Assembly: GCA_951406725.2 (NCBI GenBank)
Contig: OX597822.1
Span: 51,088,001-51,152,000, forward strand
Source: Octopus vulgaris
Taxonomy: Eukaryota
DNA: 64,000 nt
Direction of reading: 5' to 3'
In this document: piece after piece, positions 26,953 through 42,234 of the stretch
How positions within the stretch are numbered: position 1 is the stretch's first letter
Layout: every line of letters begins with the position of its first letter
Made by a program: the position numbers and the translations under genes
Notes under the pieces: model-generated
What the model was told of the DNA's origin: nothing
Databases searched by the model: none
Seen by the model: only the letters and a program-made list of their open reading frames with translations

Positions 26953-26979
26953 TTCATTATTATTATTATTATTATTATT
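26561..26979. repeat. Long (TTA)n/(TCA)n microsatellite
   Basis: Direct reading of the sequence. Confidence 0.95.
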
Positions 26980-26984
26980 GAAGG

Positions 26985-27148
26985 AAAAGGCAGTGCATGT
27001 CATGAAAGTGACACTGAGGTAAAGTGAAGCCCACTATACCTATTATGACTACCCGTCTGATAAGGGTACACCAGGCATATGTATCACAATCATTTGTGCG
27101 CGTCTTGGTGAACTCATATCAAGTGAAACACCACATGACTTTGCAGTC
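26985..27148. repeat. Interspersed non-coding repeat embedded in (TAA)n
   Basis: gcagtgcatg.cat.aaa.tga.actg start shared with 55447-55760. Confidence 0.55.
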
Positions 27149-27159
27149 ATAATAATAAC

Positions 27160-27204
<45 letters not shown>

Positions 27205-27206
<2 letters not shown>

Positions 27207-27390
27207 CATCGAAAATACGTTAGGAGTGAGAACCCTGCTTCGAGATTTCCCCAAGACACCTGATGATGGCTGGAGGGTATATCAGACGAAACGTTGTGTT
27301 AACGACAAACGAGATGAGGACAATTATCCATCAAATGTAAATAATGTAAACAATGTACATAATTCCTCATCTCTTAAATATAGAACTGTA
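27205..27390 (+). mobile_element. Short HHR-bearing element next to (TAA)n; HHR at 27255-27300
   Basis: gacac-CTGATGA-tggctg...cagac-GAAA-cg-TT-gtgtt; second copy at 54026-54180. Confidence 0.7.
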
Positions 27391-28664
27391 TTTTTCGATT
27401 ATTGCTCAACATTTTGTCAGTGTTTTTTAGGTTACATATGTTGTTTTTATACTGCTTACTTTTGGATGTATTTCATAAAAAAAGGCGGGAGAGAGGAAGA
27501 TTATCATCTCTAAGAATGTTGACTTGGGTGCTTTTTGTAAGGAACCATTCATCCTGAGCTGTTATAATGAAGCCCATTGTTTCTGATTTGTCTCCAGATG
27601 CAGACAACTACTGATAGATCATATTTTATCAACATCAGGATCACTTACCCTTGTAGGGTTTTTTTTTACCATGCAATGAATTAATTCTTCATCTCGTACA
27701 CATCTCTAAGGTTCCATTTGATTTCAGTTGTGCTTTTGTTCGATCTTCTTTCACAGCAGGGTCTTCTAAGATAATTCTGTGATAGAAAAGCTGAGCTGGC
27801 ACTTTCAGAATGAGTATTTTTGAATGTTGCTTATTTAGCACCACACTTCTCAACATGCATATATTCTTGCTTATTGATTTATACTTCGGCTGTCAAGGAT
27901 TTTAACCGCTTAACTTCAATGTAATGATTCTTTCCTTAGGTTATTTCTCTCAGGTTATACATCTTGTATAACCTGATCTTGATTTATGTTTTCGTTCGAT
28001 GCTTTATCCATCTTCTTCTGATGCATATTGAATATACTGTTTTCCTTATCCTAGTTTATTGTTTCATCATATACATTGATTTAAGATATTTTGGACAAAA
28101 TTACTTGTTTCAACTTTACTCCTGCAGATGTTGCATGTTTCTTCTGAATGTTATATTTTCTTTTTAAATCTACACATTTCCCTTAGGATTTTAGCTGACC
28201 ACTTCTTTACTTTTCTAATAAATTAACACAAGATCTCAATATTTTCATAGTCTTTTGTATATATTCTTTTGTGTTCCTCATTCACACCATTTTACTTCCT
28301 TCTTCCTAAGTCAACATGCAATGTATTTCAAACCTAATCCATGCGCCCCATATGCATTAGATGCATTTATCAAAATGTTGATCTCGGTTAAGTGTGATCA
28401 ACGTGATTTACTTGTTGAATTATTTCCATTTACGTTTTCCTTTATCGCTTTAAGTTAAGTATTATCTGCATTCTTAAATGTGATTCTTCCTCGCAAAATG
28501 TATATTTTCCATGAGTGAAATATATTTCCACATCATTTATTTATCTTCGGTGGATCCATTACAAGTATTGGAGAATGTTTGTATTTCCATATTGCACTTT
28601 CAGTATAATGTTCTTAATAATCCCCTACATCATTTCCCATTATAATTTATTTCTACATTATTCT

Positions 28665-29690
28665 TCGGCGCATGGAACATAGAATATCGTCAGGCGCTGA
28701 CAGCTCTCTACAAGTCGAGCAATAGGATCGGTGGATATTCCGAATTGAACATTTATAGAAAATGAGTGCTATGGAAGTGCGACAACGTTCTCAAGGAGAC
28801 TGCGTGCCGAGGAAAACGAAGCAATTAGTCTGGTCCGGAGGACTTTCCGATCAGAAACCATTATGGGTAATTTGTAGATATATTTGGCCTGGCAGTGCTA
28901 CCGCAGGACGCTTCCGGTTCGAGATAAAATCTACAGGTACAGATATGCTATCAGACGGACTTGTCCGACGTGCGCTCAGAATGATGAAACCGTTCGACAC
29001 GCATTCGATTATTGTCCGAGAATTGCTGACTTGTGGGCTTATATCAAACAGCTGGTGTTATCTGTTGGACGGATCCTGTCAGCTGAATTAGTGGTGATTA
29101 TTGCCCCGCCGTCCTTCTTCAATCGGGCAGGCAAGGCAGTTTTCCTTTGCCTGGTTGCTGTTGCGAAAGTAGTTTTGTGGTGGACAATGCTGAAAGGCAT
29201 GATGACAGATATATTCCTCTTCGGTAGACCTCTCATTGACTTCTTCAAGCTTCATTTGAAAAGTAAATTGAGGGGGGAGAGGGAAGTTCTGTCCTTGAGT
29301 GAGTTTATTGAAATGTGGGTGAACGGTACGAAAATGGCAAGAGTGGATGGTACCTGCCTAGGTGTTGACCTGTGAGTCTGAGAAAAGGAATTGGAGAAGA
29401 CATGTGCTCTTGGTGTCCAGAGAAATCTCGGACAGTAGGTTACTTTGATTATCCATAGAAATCATTCTGTATTAGGATGGCTCCATCTCTAACACCCTCC
29501 CTACATTTTTGCTTTAAACCTTTGTTCACAGTGTATATTTCTCTTCCCTTTCATCGTATAACCTGTATGCTTACCACTTGTTTTTGTTACATATTTATTT
29601 AATTATATTATTTTTGCATTATATGTAAATCCCCACATTTTGTGTCTGCCTTTTTTATTGTCACCCAGGTCGCAGATAAATGAAATCATA
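28665..29690 (+). mobile_element. L1/Tx1-like LINE 3' end (zf-RVT domain plus 3' UTR)
   Basis: ORF 28884-29375 contains AWQCYRRTLPVRDKI...CPTCAQNDETVRHAFDYCP. Confidence 0.8.
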
Positions 29691-29744
29691 ATCTTATTAT
29701 TTTTATATATACATTCAGCAGATACATTATTGGAAAAGAAAAAT

Positions 29745-31600
29745 TCCTATCATCGGGCTGCAACAATTAACCTTAGATGGCAAAGGACTTTCTAGGTATT
29801 CTAGCTGTCACTAATAAAACCGTTTTCTGCAACTGTGCTAAACTGGGTTTTATGCCTTTTTCCTGTATCAGTCTGTTCAGATGTTTAGGGAATGTTCCCA
29901 ATGCAACTATAACTACTGAATTACAGCCTTTTTGTTCCGTCAGTAATATATCGTTCTCATCAAGAAATTCATACAGTTCTGAAATTCCTCCTGACAGTAA
30001 ATTCCACATTAATGAGAGGAAGCAAATTGGTCTGTAATTGTCAGCAGCATTCCACTTTGATGCATCCTTCAGTAACAACACCGTTCATCTTTTTTCGACC
30101 AGCCCGGGATTTCTTCTTCGCCATTGTTCAATGCATTAAATTGTTCTACGATTAATTTATAGCAACTACTGAACTTTGTATCCCATCAAGTTCTAATTGC
30201 TTTCCGATTGCTTATGTTTTTACTCATACACTCATATTTCTGATAATGTCATCTGTGAAATGGCTAGCCACTTGCTAGAAATAAGAAGCTCTTTGCTTCA
30301 GGTCGCAGAGCCATTCAGCTGTTGCATTATATTGTTCTTGTTTACTCTATATCTTATCCCAGAAAAGTGGACTTTCATCACTATCAAGGACTAATCTTTC
30401 ATCTTTTTTATCATCATTAGTCTCTTGAAAAAAATATTTTTTGGTCGGTTTTAAACAATTTACTTTGCCGGTATTGCTTGAACCGTTGTTCAGATCTACT
30501 TACTTGTTATTATTTATCCACAGGGTTTGTTTGGGTGGTCGTACTGCTGTTAGGATGGAATTAAGGGAGTATCCAGGTTCTTTTCTGGCCACAGCAGCTG
30601 CTGCATATATTATACCATTTAGCCTGGTTATATTGACCTTTGTTTCTCTGGCTATTAGTTCTGTGACGGCCAGGTTCATGCTAGTTATTATTGATGTTGT
30701 TATAGCATCAATTTTAATTTTTGGGAGGTACAATCGCTGGTCCATACTGAGACCTGTGGCTTTCATTTTTTTTATTATGATCATTTTTAGAGTATCATAA
30801 TCATTAGGTTCACCTTCATAGTTTCCAGGTTTTAGATTTGTTTCATAATCCCTCCCGCTCATGTTTTTGTATGTGGTGTTTTGGTTTGATGCATTTTGCT
30901 TATCATTATGCATTCCTATAGTCTGGGTTTGTTGTCCTTCGTGGTTTTCTTCGCTCTTGTTGGAAATGTTAAGTATGTGTTCATGATTTACAGTCCAGTG
31001 CTTGTGATATTATTTGGCATTGCTGTGTGATTACTATCTCTATTTTCCTAATGTATTTTTCCTTCTAAGTGTTCTATTTCTGATATGTTTTTGATTTGTT
31101 TTGTCCATATAACTTCGTATGTTACCTACTTCATTAGAGTTCATTGCTATATGCAAGTCTTCATCTAGGTTATTTTTCTTCCAGATTTTATATGCATATG
31201 TTGTTGTGTTTTCGTTCTTTGGGTAGAGCACTACTGTAAAATAAACGCGTAGGATTGAAATATATTCCTCACGTTTCCATTTATGTTTTATTGATTTTAT
31301 TTGTGGGACATGAGGAATAAAATCTGGCCCTTTATTTTGAAGATCATCATTTTCGTAGGGTACCAGTCAGTTCACTTCTGGTGTTGAATGGTTTCTCACG
31401 TGTAGATTTTCGTACATTTTTTGTAAGAAGTTCAAAGTGCGTACTTCGCAATTGTTATTCTTGGGTTGAATAATTCCGGAATAATTTGATTTATTTATTT
31501 TTTGTGCATGATGTATGGGGAGGAAGATGGTGTGGTGTTGATTGGATCGTAATGAGGAGAGCGTGTTTACATGTACTGTGCGAGGAATGGAGGTGACGTG
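29745..31600 (-). mobile_element. R4/Dong-clade element, internally deleted
   Basis: NYRPICFLSLMWNLLSG...EQKGC fused to the C-terminal VIVALGT...LQKTVLLVTARI; N-terminal LNGIIYAAA and KWKREEY-like motifs. Confidence 0.75.
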
Positions 31601-31805
31601 CATTTATATTACATCATTTCATTTGGAAAATATAAATAAATTTCAGTGAGTATTACTTACTCGGATATAGTACAACAATTACTTAGTTATTTTTCGCCCC
31701 ATGTGATGTCATTATTCCCGATGTTTTGGGATAGATTTCGGAGCAGTGTTTTATCGCTCTCGCAAGTTAAACGTCTCCGGTGTATCTTTTATTATTGTTA
31801 TTACT

Positions 31806-32427
<622 letters not shown>

Positions 32428-34330
32428 GCCTTTGCACAGCTTCTAACGCTGGAGATGAACTACAGTGTCAGCTCTTCATTACTAGTGAACTAAGGAAACA
32501 CCTTTTATTTTTCGAGCACCTTACGGAGTATTCGCGCGCGGTTCTAAGCAGTGCTGTTTTCTGCAAGTGCTCCACCCCTATTGCAGGCCCTATTTGTTCC
32601 ACGTACTTCTCGAGATTTTTTCTCACTGTTCCCAGGGCTCAGACAATTATTGGTACTACTGCTATCTTTTTCATCGACCACGACTGCTTAACTTCCCAAG
32701 TTAACCTGTCTCGACTTTACTTTCTTCCTTATCGCATACATTGTTGTCAGCTGGACATGTTATATCTATGATCCAGCATAGCTTGTTTTCTTTCTCAGTT
32801 AAGACTATGTCAGGCTTCCTATTCTCTATCCCATAGTCGCACTGAATCATAAAATCCCATAGGATCTTTTCATTTCTATTTTCAACAATGCCTTCACGTT
32901 TGTGGTCAAGCCAATTTTTTTCTCTTTCTTGTTGCAAAGTTTCAGATGGACAAGCCTGGCTATATTGTCGTGGCGTCTCTTATATTCCTTCTGGGCTAGT
33001 GGTGTACATTGGCTGGTAATATGCCATACGGTTTCACTGTTTTGTCCACAGCCCCGGCATTTATCACTTTCTGGTGTTTTGTCTATTCTGTATTTTATGT
33101 AGTTTGTTCTTAACGCTTGATCTTGTGCAGCACAGATTAGAGCATCCGTTTCTTTTTTCTCTGTCTATCTATTTTCAATATCCCCATGAAATTGACCATG
33201 CATTCTTTTCTTTACCCACCAATTTTCAGTTTCATTCGTTTTCAGTTTTTTTATAGTACTTTATCTTTGCAATCGTTCATCCTACACAATCCTGAGCTTC
33301 TCACTTATAATCATAGCGGTTCTATGGCATTTTTTACATACCATGCTATGTGGTTTTCTTCTGCTCTAATGCTGCGTTCACATCCAATAAGTCCTCTTCC
33401 CCCTCATTTTCTTGGTACATACAGTCTGTCTGTGTCATGTTTTTGGTGGAGTGACCCATATCTAGTTCGTAACTTCCTTGTCTTTCTGTCTAAGCTGTTT
33501 AGTTCGTCTACTGTCCATGCGATTACCCCTGCTCCATATCTAAGGGGTGAAAACACCCAGGTGTTGGTAACTTTGATCTTATTCCGTCCGTTTAATTTCA
33601 ACTTAAGAACCAGTCTCAATCTAAGCAAGTACTCCACCTTAAATTTTTCTGTCATATCTTTCTCCATCAATTTATCCATTTCCACAATCCACAATTACTT
33701 ATCGCCCGTCTCTTCTATCGGCTTCTTAACTGGTAAGAATGAATACCTCTGTTTCTGCCTCAACCCTGATTTTATCAACCACTTATGGGATTTTGATTGG
33801 CTGACTACATTTTCCTGGGTACGGAGTGGGTACTGACAATGGAGAGGTTTCTGCACTCTCTCTTTCAAGGTTTTAAATCATTCTGTTTTTGCAGTAATCT
33901 TATGCATGTTGGCTGCTTTCATTGGTACCAGGTAATCTTCGTTGGCGTTTTCTATTTCTACAACGTGTAACTTTGCTCTATAGTTTCCAACTTCTTTGTT
34001 TACAGAATGAAGTTTCTTCGGGGATTTATGTTCACTCACTACTATCTTCATTCAATGATTACTCTTGCTTAAGTACTTCTGGAGGAGTACTTTGTTGCCG
34101 TTTCTAGTTCGATCGCCCATGTGCAATCTACCATGATTGGTAAGTAGATGCACTCTCTGTATGTCGTTGGATGATGCTTTCGAACTTTTAAGCCCATTCT
34201 TTCAGGTCAGCTAAGTTCCAGTTGAAGACATTGAAATTGTAATGTAAACAGGTGCTGCTAATGCGTTAAGAGCTTCTATGCGGTTCCTGGAGTTCAAAAC
34301 AGTCTTCGAGACCAGCCTTTCTCTTCCAAG
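32428..34330 (-). mobile_element. R4/Dong-clade element (second subfamily), 3' part
   Basis: KILWDFMIQCD...RKPDIVL...CWIIDITCPAD and LNGRNKIK...LRYGAGVIAWT...LDRKTRK; 3' end at (TTA)n. Confidence 0.85.
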
Positions 34331-35003
34331 AACCGAATATGTGAAGATGTTTTAGAGATGAGCTATGAGGAGCACTTTTCAGCTAAATAGGGGAGTTTCA
34401 CCGCTCGCACTACAAGAATTCAAAATTCCTTGACACCATTGTCTGCTAAAATATCTGGGGAAATATATGATTTAAGAATTTGTATGAACATATATTTAGG
34501 CCTTTGGTTATTGCCATCATTGTGTTCATTTTATAATGAATCTTTTGTAATTGTTATTATATTGAATTTGACATATTTACTTCTTTTGTTGTTTTGTTGC
34601 TTTCCTTATATTTTCAACACGGATGTGACGGAAAAAGTTTTTTTTGAAAATGTCTGCAACGTAAATAATGAAATGGTCAATTGACTCATGGGATTGTCTG
34701 AAAACAATAATGTGCTCTACTTATGGCAAAACTCTTTCGTTATATTGTAAGTACGAATTGTTTATATAATTAATATGAGAAGAGATTTACAGGAAATTAA
34801 AAATAGAGTAATGTTTTAGTAATTGCTTTTCTCACTTATATCGATAATTCATAAAATTTGTTCAATAAATATTTTTGTAACACTGGAGTAGAATATCTTA
34901 AGAATAAAACAACTCATGCAGAATAATGTAGAACGGTTTAGTGAGACTTACAAACGGAAAATTATGAAATAAAGTGTGGTTTAAATGATTAATACAAATT
35001 TAC

Positions 35004-35040
<37 letters not shown>

Positions 35041-35175
35041 CTTGTGTGTGTGTGTGTGCGTGTATATGTATGTATATATATATATATATATGTATATATA
35101 TGTATATATATGTATGTATATGTTTATATATATATGTATGTATATATATATATATATATGTATATATATGTATAC

Positions 35176-35924
<749 letters not shown>

Positions 35925-36072
35925 TATATGTATATATGTATGTGTATGTATATACATATATGTATACATATATGTATATATATGTATACATATATGTATA
36001 TATATATATATGTATATATATATGTATATATATATATGTATATATATATATGTATATATATATATGTATATA

Positions 36073-36137
<65 letters not shown>

Positions 36138-36142
<5 letters not shown>

Positions 36143-36166
36143 TGTGGATTTAGTGATCAAGCATAG

Positions 36167-36204
<38 letters not shown>

Positions 36205-36233
36205 CTATGCTTGATCACTAAATCCACAAGTTT
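36138..36233. repeat. Perfect 96-bp palindrome centred on (AT)15
   Basis: 33-bp arms at 36138-36170 and 36201-36233 around a self-complementary (AT)15. Confidence 0.95.
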
Positions 36234-36376
36234 GTCTCTTATTCTTTTCCATTGAAGAGCGTCGGCTCGAAACAAAAGACTTTCTCACTTTCCCGAGCAT
36301 CAAGCTATTACACGTTCTTGTTGTTCATACACTTGCCTTCGTCTTTTGTTTTTTCTTTAAATTTCAACTATATATA
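36201..36376 (+). mobile_element. Solo pLTR-like element with degenerate HHR (36244-36279)
   Basis: Homologous to 42250-42345, 43780-43975 and 45483-45658 (minus); ends ttcaactatata. Confidence 0.7.
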
Positions 36377-36590
36377 TGTTAACCAATTTGTGTTGCAAGA
36401 TTACTGATGGGAAACCTTGTGTTGTAACTGATATTGTTGGATTTTGGGACGGTGGGTTCTTTTTTTTTTTTTTTTGAAGGGGGTGCTCAGAAACACACCC
36501 ACTATATATTTATTCTTACCTCGTTTATTACTGATCATTTATTTTATTTTAACTCATGTCTGTTTTCTGGAAATCTTGCGCCACACATCT

Positions 36591-36670
36591 GTGACAACTT
36601 CAGCGACACTTTTCTTTTCGTGACATCTTCAGCGGCACTTTTTTTTCGTGACATCTTCAGCGACACTTTT
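36591..36670. repeat. 28-29-bp tandem repeat x~3
   Basis: gtgaca(a/t)cttcagcg(a/g)cactttt at 36591, 36620 and 36648. Confidence 0.9.
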
Positions 36671-37054
36671 ATTTTTCGTTTACTCTTGTTCCAATTACCC
36701 CATTCTCTAATGGAGTCATTGGAGCAAGAGTACAAATGAAAAGAGAAGGGAAAGTAAAATACCACAAGCACACACGAACATGAAAATACCGTAAGGTATT
36801 TTTGGATAAATAATTTTACTGATCGTATGAGGTAACTCCTAAAAAATCATAATTGTCTTCCCTTTGCATTAATACTGGTATTTTAATACATTCACCAGAT
36901 ATTGATTAATCCCTTAATACTTTTATCCAAAACGGTCGAAATTCAAAAATATGAATAAACACGTATAGGTACAATTAAGTTCATAAATATATGCGCACTT
37001 AAAACACTCAAACATATATACACAAACACACGTGTATATGTATATGTATATGTA

Positions 37055-37370
<316 letters not shown>

Positions 37371-37500
37371 GATATTGCGCTGAAGTATTGTGTGTTATGC
37401 GTTTATTACGTGTATGAGTATTTGCATATAATTACTGATTTTCACAGATTTTAACGCTAAAGATGGTCCTTGGGATTGTAAATTTATGACTTACTGCATA

Positions 37501-38299
37501 CGCAGTGTGATCGATAAGTATCGAGTCTGTTGCCATTGTAACGAAAGTAAAGCACGCTGAGGGAAGCCGCTTGGTACATGTACTTGTTACTTGAACGCCG
37601 CTGTGCAGCGCGCATTCAGTTGACCACGACAGAGAAAGTTGTCATGGCGATACCTGCTCAGAAGCCTGTGCAAATAAAATTGAATGGAGAGGTGTGCAGG
37701 AGCTGCACACAAGTGTATGAATGATTCAAATCTTTTCAAGATGGCCGAAAAATGTCGATAACGACGAACGTTCTTGGAGATGCGCAATGAGCAAAACTGA
37801 GAAAATCATCGCAGATGCGCGTGCAAATGTGAGAGGAAATCGCCGAATCCCCAACAATGAGTAATAAAAGGATATGCAGATTAGTTACAGTCCATTATCA
37901 CTAAAGATTCAGCTATGAGACGTCTGTTTGCTAAGTTTGTGCTAAAACTGCTTTCATCTCACCATAAAAGCACTCGGGTTTCAGTTGCACAAAATTTCCT
38001 TGATCGTGTCGTGAATGATGAATACTTTTTGAAAACTTTGCATTGGCCTCTGGGCAGGTATCGCGTAACATTTTGCAAAGTTTGATGCAGATTCGCTGCT
38101 CAGTTTTCTCTGTCATGGTCAATGCGACGAGCCCATGCTACATACGTTCCTTTCAAGTACTGCTGGAAACGGCAGAACGTTAAAACATATTGCCCATGCA
38201 GAGCAGAGCTCAAGTTCAATTTGTGTCGAGCGGCTTTACTCTGTGTGCTTTAGCTTCGTTACTATTATAAGACTCTGGATATTTATTGGTCACACCACG
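37501..38299 (-). mobile_element. Internally deleted mariner element
   Basis: Imperfect ~22-bp TIRs with TA flanks; MTEKTEQRICIKLC N-terminal mariner motif. Confidence 0.75.
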
Positions 38300-38849
38300 T
38301 ATATGCATATTCTCTGTGAATTATATGATATCATGAATGTGTTAAATGCACACTACGTAATCGGGTAATCTAGCATAAGCATATGGGGCCAGTGTCTTTC
38401 ATGCATAATGTTCACATAATGCATATAATAGTTTTCCAGAGAATATCTTATTCAGATTCGTGGGGAGGCCAAGTGAGTGTCCTCTCATGCTTGAAAATCC
38501 GGAGTATGAATTACTGCTTATACTATTATATATGCGTATTACGCGTTAGCTGATCGAACGTTCACAACGCCTAAATAATGTATTGCAGTATGGAAGACGA
38601 AGGGGATATTGAATGAAGCTTAGCAATTTCAGTGGCGGAAGCCTCACATTTATTTAAATATCAATTTTAAAAAATGTGTATATACACCCAGAACCACGAT
38701 AATAGCTTAAGAGTGAAATTTAGGGTTACTTGCTTCAATATGAATCGATTTTGATAAAACTTTTCCCAGTTCGTTTTCACACAATGACTAAACCATTGTT
38801 ATTATTTGATTATTCTGTGTAACGTCCTTTCATTTTTTATTTCAGGTTC

Positions 38850-39280
38850 TTCAGTTTTTAGGTGAACTACGCTAACAGCGTCCCTCCTGTCTGAGAACAG
38901 TAGGACGTGGGAAAGAATTTGATGATGAAGAAAAATCTGTCATCATCAAGGCAAGTACTAAAGTAACCTCTCTTCATATCATTGCGGAGACGTTAGGTCG
39001 CCATCTGGACGCGGTTCCACGATTTTTTTCTGATGGACTATTCGCCAAGGAAGAAACGATCCGATTGTGGGACATCCAAGACTGTGACAGTTAGGGATTT
39101 AAGAAGTACAGACCGCAAGTAACGTGGGAAACCTTGACAAACAAGTAAAGCCGTCTTCACCGGCTCCGGACATCCTCATGTACCGAAAACCATGAGAAAT
39201 CGCATACTCGGGGCCGTGGCTTTCGTGCGAGAACCCATGAAGCAGCGAATTAAAAACATATTAATTAATTTAGTCCCTAA
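38850..39280 (+). mobile_element. Tc1-like transposase N-terminal remnant
   Basis: GRGKEFDDEEKSVIIKA...IAETLGRH HTH-like translation. Confidence 0.5.
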
Positions 39281-39399
39281 ATGTGACTAGTGATACGGCA
39301 CGCTAGATGTCGAGTCACAGATTCTGCGGTGCAGTTCACTAGGTCTGGTCGATACACTTGTAGCAAATTTAGTGTCATGAATATGTACGTAAGTGTAGA

Positions 39400-40560
39400 C
39401 ATAGTTGATGTATATTGTTTGTATGCGCGGTTAACGTCATTTTCCGACAACCTATAAAAAGTATTAATATCAGCGTTAGAATCACCAGTGTAGATATAAA
39501 TGTAAATGTTTTGCGTTTTCATCTCATATTGTAAATTTTGTGGCATTGCGTTTATAAGAATGGTGAGATTTCAGTTCATTCATCTATACATTTAGGTAAA
39601 TTGTGGTTATTAATTTTGTCAACTATTATCCAACTTCATTTCCACAGCATTGGGCAAACGTGCATATATATGATATTCTTTCAGAAATTACATTATTGAT
39701 CTCGTTGCTCCACGAAATAGATAGCGATTCCTCGGAACAGAGTCTGCATCTCGTAGAAATATTATTATACAATTGTGCAGGTCTTATTATGGAACAGGTT
39801 GGAACACATTTAATTTCGTCCTCCTCAAGATGCCACACAAAATCAACCAAACATGTGGAATACCTCTTGTCGACTTTCTTGAAGCTCTGATAACGGTTCT
39901 TGAAGGACTCAGCCGTTGCCCTAATGTAAACGTACAGTTCTCCCCGTGTGTGTACGGTGCACTCATATACAAAATTGGTACTCATACAGAGGTTTACCAA
40001 TGGGCATTTTCATTCTCTCTGCATGGACATTTATTATATTTAGCTGCATTTGTGGCAGCGCTGATCTCATTTTCCGACACCATTACGGTGTTTGCTTATC
40101 GATAGTATTATGATGTGGCTGCAACAGGTGTTTTTCTTTTCTTAACATTTTGTTCCATTATTTGCTACTTTTTTTGTATTTATCGAAGAAGGAGTGGTTA
40201 GCCCGTCATAAGTTATAATTCCAGTAGGAGGGTTATTCAACACCAGGCCCATTTTTCTGTTATTCGTGCGTTGCATATGCTACTCTATATTAATTTTGTG
40301 AAACGTTTGTCTAAAGTGTCAAAATTTCCCTGGCTATCTTCGTTGAAACATATGAACTATGTATTGGGTTGTACAAGAGGACATCATGATTCTTATATTC
40401 GTTGTTTGGTTCATTGATTTTGGTGTGTTGTACAGGGGAGAAGTAATGTATTGTGGTATGACTAGTATTATGACTGTGTTGTGTGTGTCTGAGTTCTGGT
40501 TTGTAATTTAGTGCGTTGACTAATTCTTTTTGACCTGTGTGTTACTATGTAAAGTGCATT
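39400..40560 (-). mobile_element. Penelope-like element 3' part (GIY-YIG), decayed
   Basis: YVYIRATAESFKNRY...TCLVDFVWHL...CSII...YNNISTRCRLCSEE; WLNNPP-like linker upstream. Confidence 0.7.
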
Positions 40561-42234
40561 ATCAATAGAGGAATTGGAAAAGTCGCGTGTATCGGTGCTT
40601 TGTATGTATATATGTAGATATATATGTTTGTATATAAATACACACGAAAGTATAGGAGAGAACTTATTGAACGTTAGTCCAGAATGTAAAGAAATTGTTT
40701 TGTATTTTTGTATTCGATACTGTGCTATATCCTTTTGGTAGTGGTTGCAAGTATACGCCGTCTTTGTACGTTTTCTATGAGGGGTAAATTTTAAAATTAA
40801 AATGTATTGGAGATTAATTCTCTTGATACACTAAATACTTCTACATTATTCTGGCGGCATATAGAAAATTAACTTCGATAAATGTTTTGATAAAAATATT
40901 TCTGTGAAATAATTTCGGCAGAAAAATAACTTTTGGACTTGAGATAGCAGGAATAAATATAACCATACTCTTTTGTATATGAAAATAACACCAAAAATGA
41001 GTGAGGGAGATGTTGAAGAGTTTTGTTTTTTGTTTTCTTTTTTTTTTTTTCAGTTGGCAAAGCTGTCAGTCTCTGATCTTTCTGAAATGCTTATGTGACC
41101 TTTACACACTGCAAGGGAATAATATTTGTCAACAGTTACAAGTGTGACAGGAAGCAATGGGCATTTTAAATAAGGTCAGTCTCTTCCGATAGAACAAACG
41201 TGACATGAGAGAAATTTTTCAGGATTATATCAGGTTATTCTACATCGTATTTATTCCAAAACCATAAACATTCTTTGAAAAATAAGAAAGTCAGACGCAG
41301 CCCCATCTCTTACATACGGTTACAGACAATAAATATGTCCAAACATATTCTTATACAGACATAGATACAAAACATAACCTTCCACACACTCACACACACA
41401 CGTCAACCTGCATGCACATAAACACACACATACAGTATCCATGCCTGTAAATATACATATATGTGACGATAGAGAGTGTGTATGTTTAATTGGTCATGCA
41501 CGCAAGTGAGAATGTGTTTATACTTATGTTCACTATGAGGTGCTGTGTTGTACTGATTTCTCCTACCAATAACCTACCTCTGAATAACCCTAAACTTTAA
41601 CTGTATACAATATAGCAACATTGTTTAAAATATTTAACTATAGTACTACATGATAAGACTTCCCCTATTTCATTATCAATGGTCTGCTAGCGGGCGACCC
41701 CTTAATTGTCAGCTAACATCTTGTTTTAAGTTTTCCTTTACCAAACCTCATGATATTCCTTCTAATAAATGTTGGTTTTTATGACTATACCAACTATGAT
41801 TTCTGTCTGCTCCCTCAGCCCTACCCCTAACAGATACTGCCCCTTTGTTCTCTCAGCCTTAGATATACAAGGATTTGATAAACTAGTCTATAAATTAAAA
41901 CTGACCCATAAAAACAAAAATATTCAGTGACAGACACAGTCGGTAACAAAGTATATCTTCTTGATACCTTAGTAGCTTCTATGCTGGAGTGAACGTAGCA
42001 TGTTCTTTGTCTATCTCCTTAACTTCTTGGAAATTTTAGGAATAGTTATACTAATGTGTCCATCTGTTCTAACTTAATTAAATTCTGTCTTTGTGCAGGC
42101 GAGGATGGCATTTTAAATTGATGTAATGACTGCATTGTTCAATTAAATGGATTTGCATGAAACATCGTGCTGCATTACCTCTGGATATCCTTGTGCTTAT
42201 TTTGATTTTAATCACCTTACTTTGAAATTGTATG

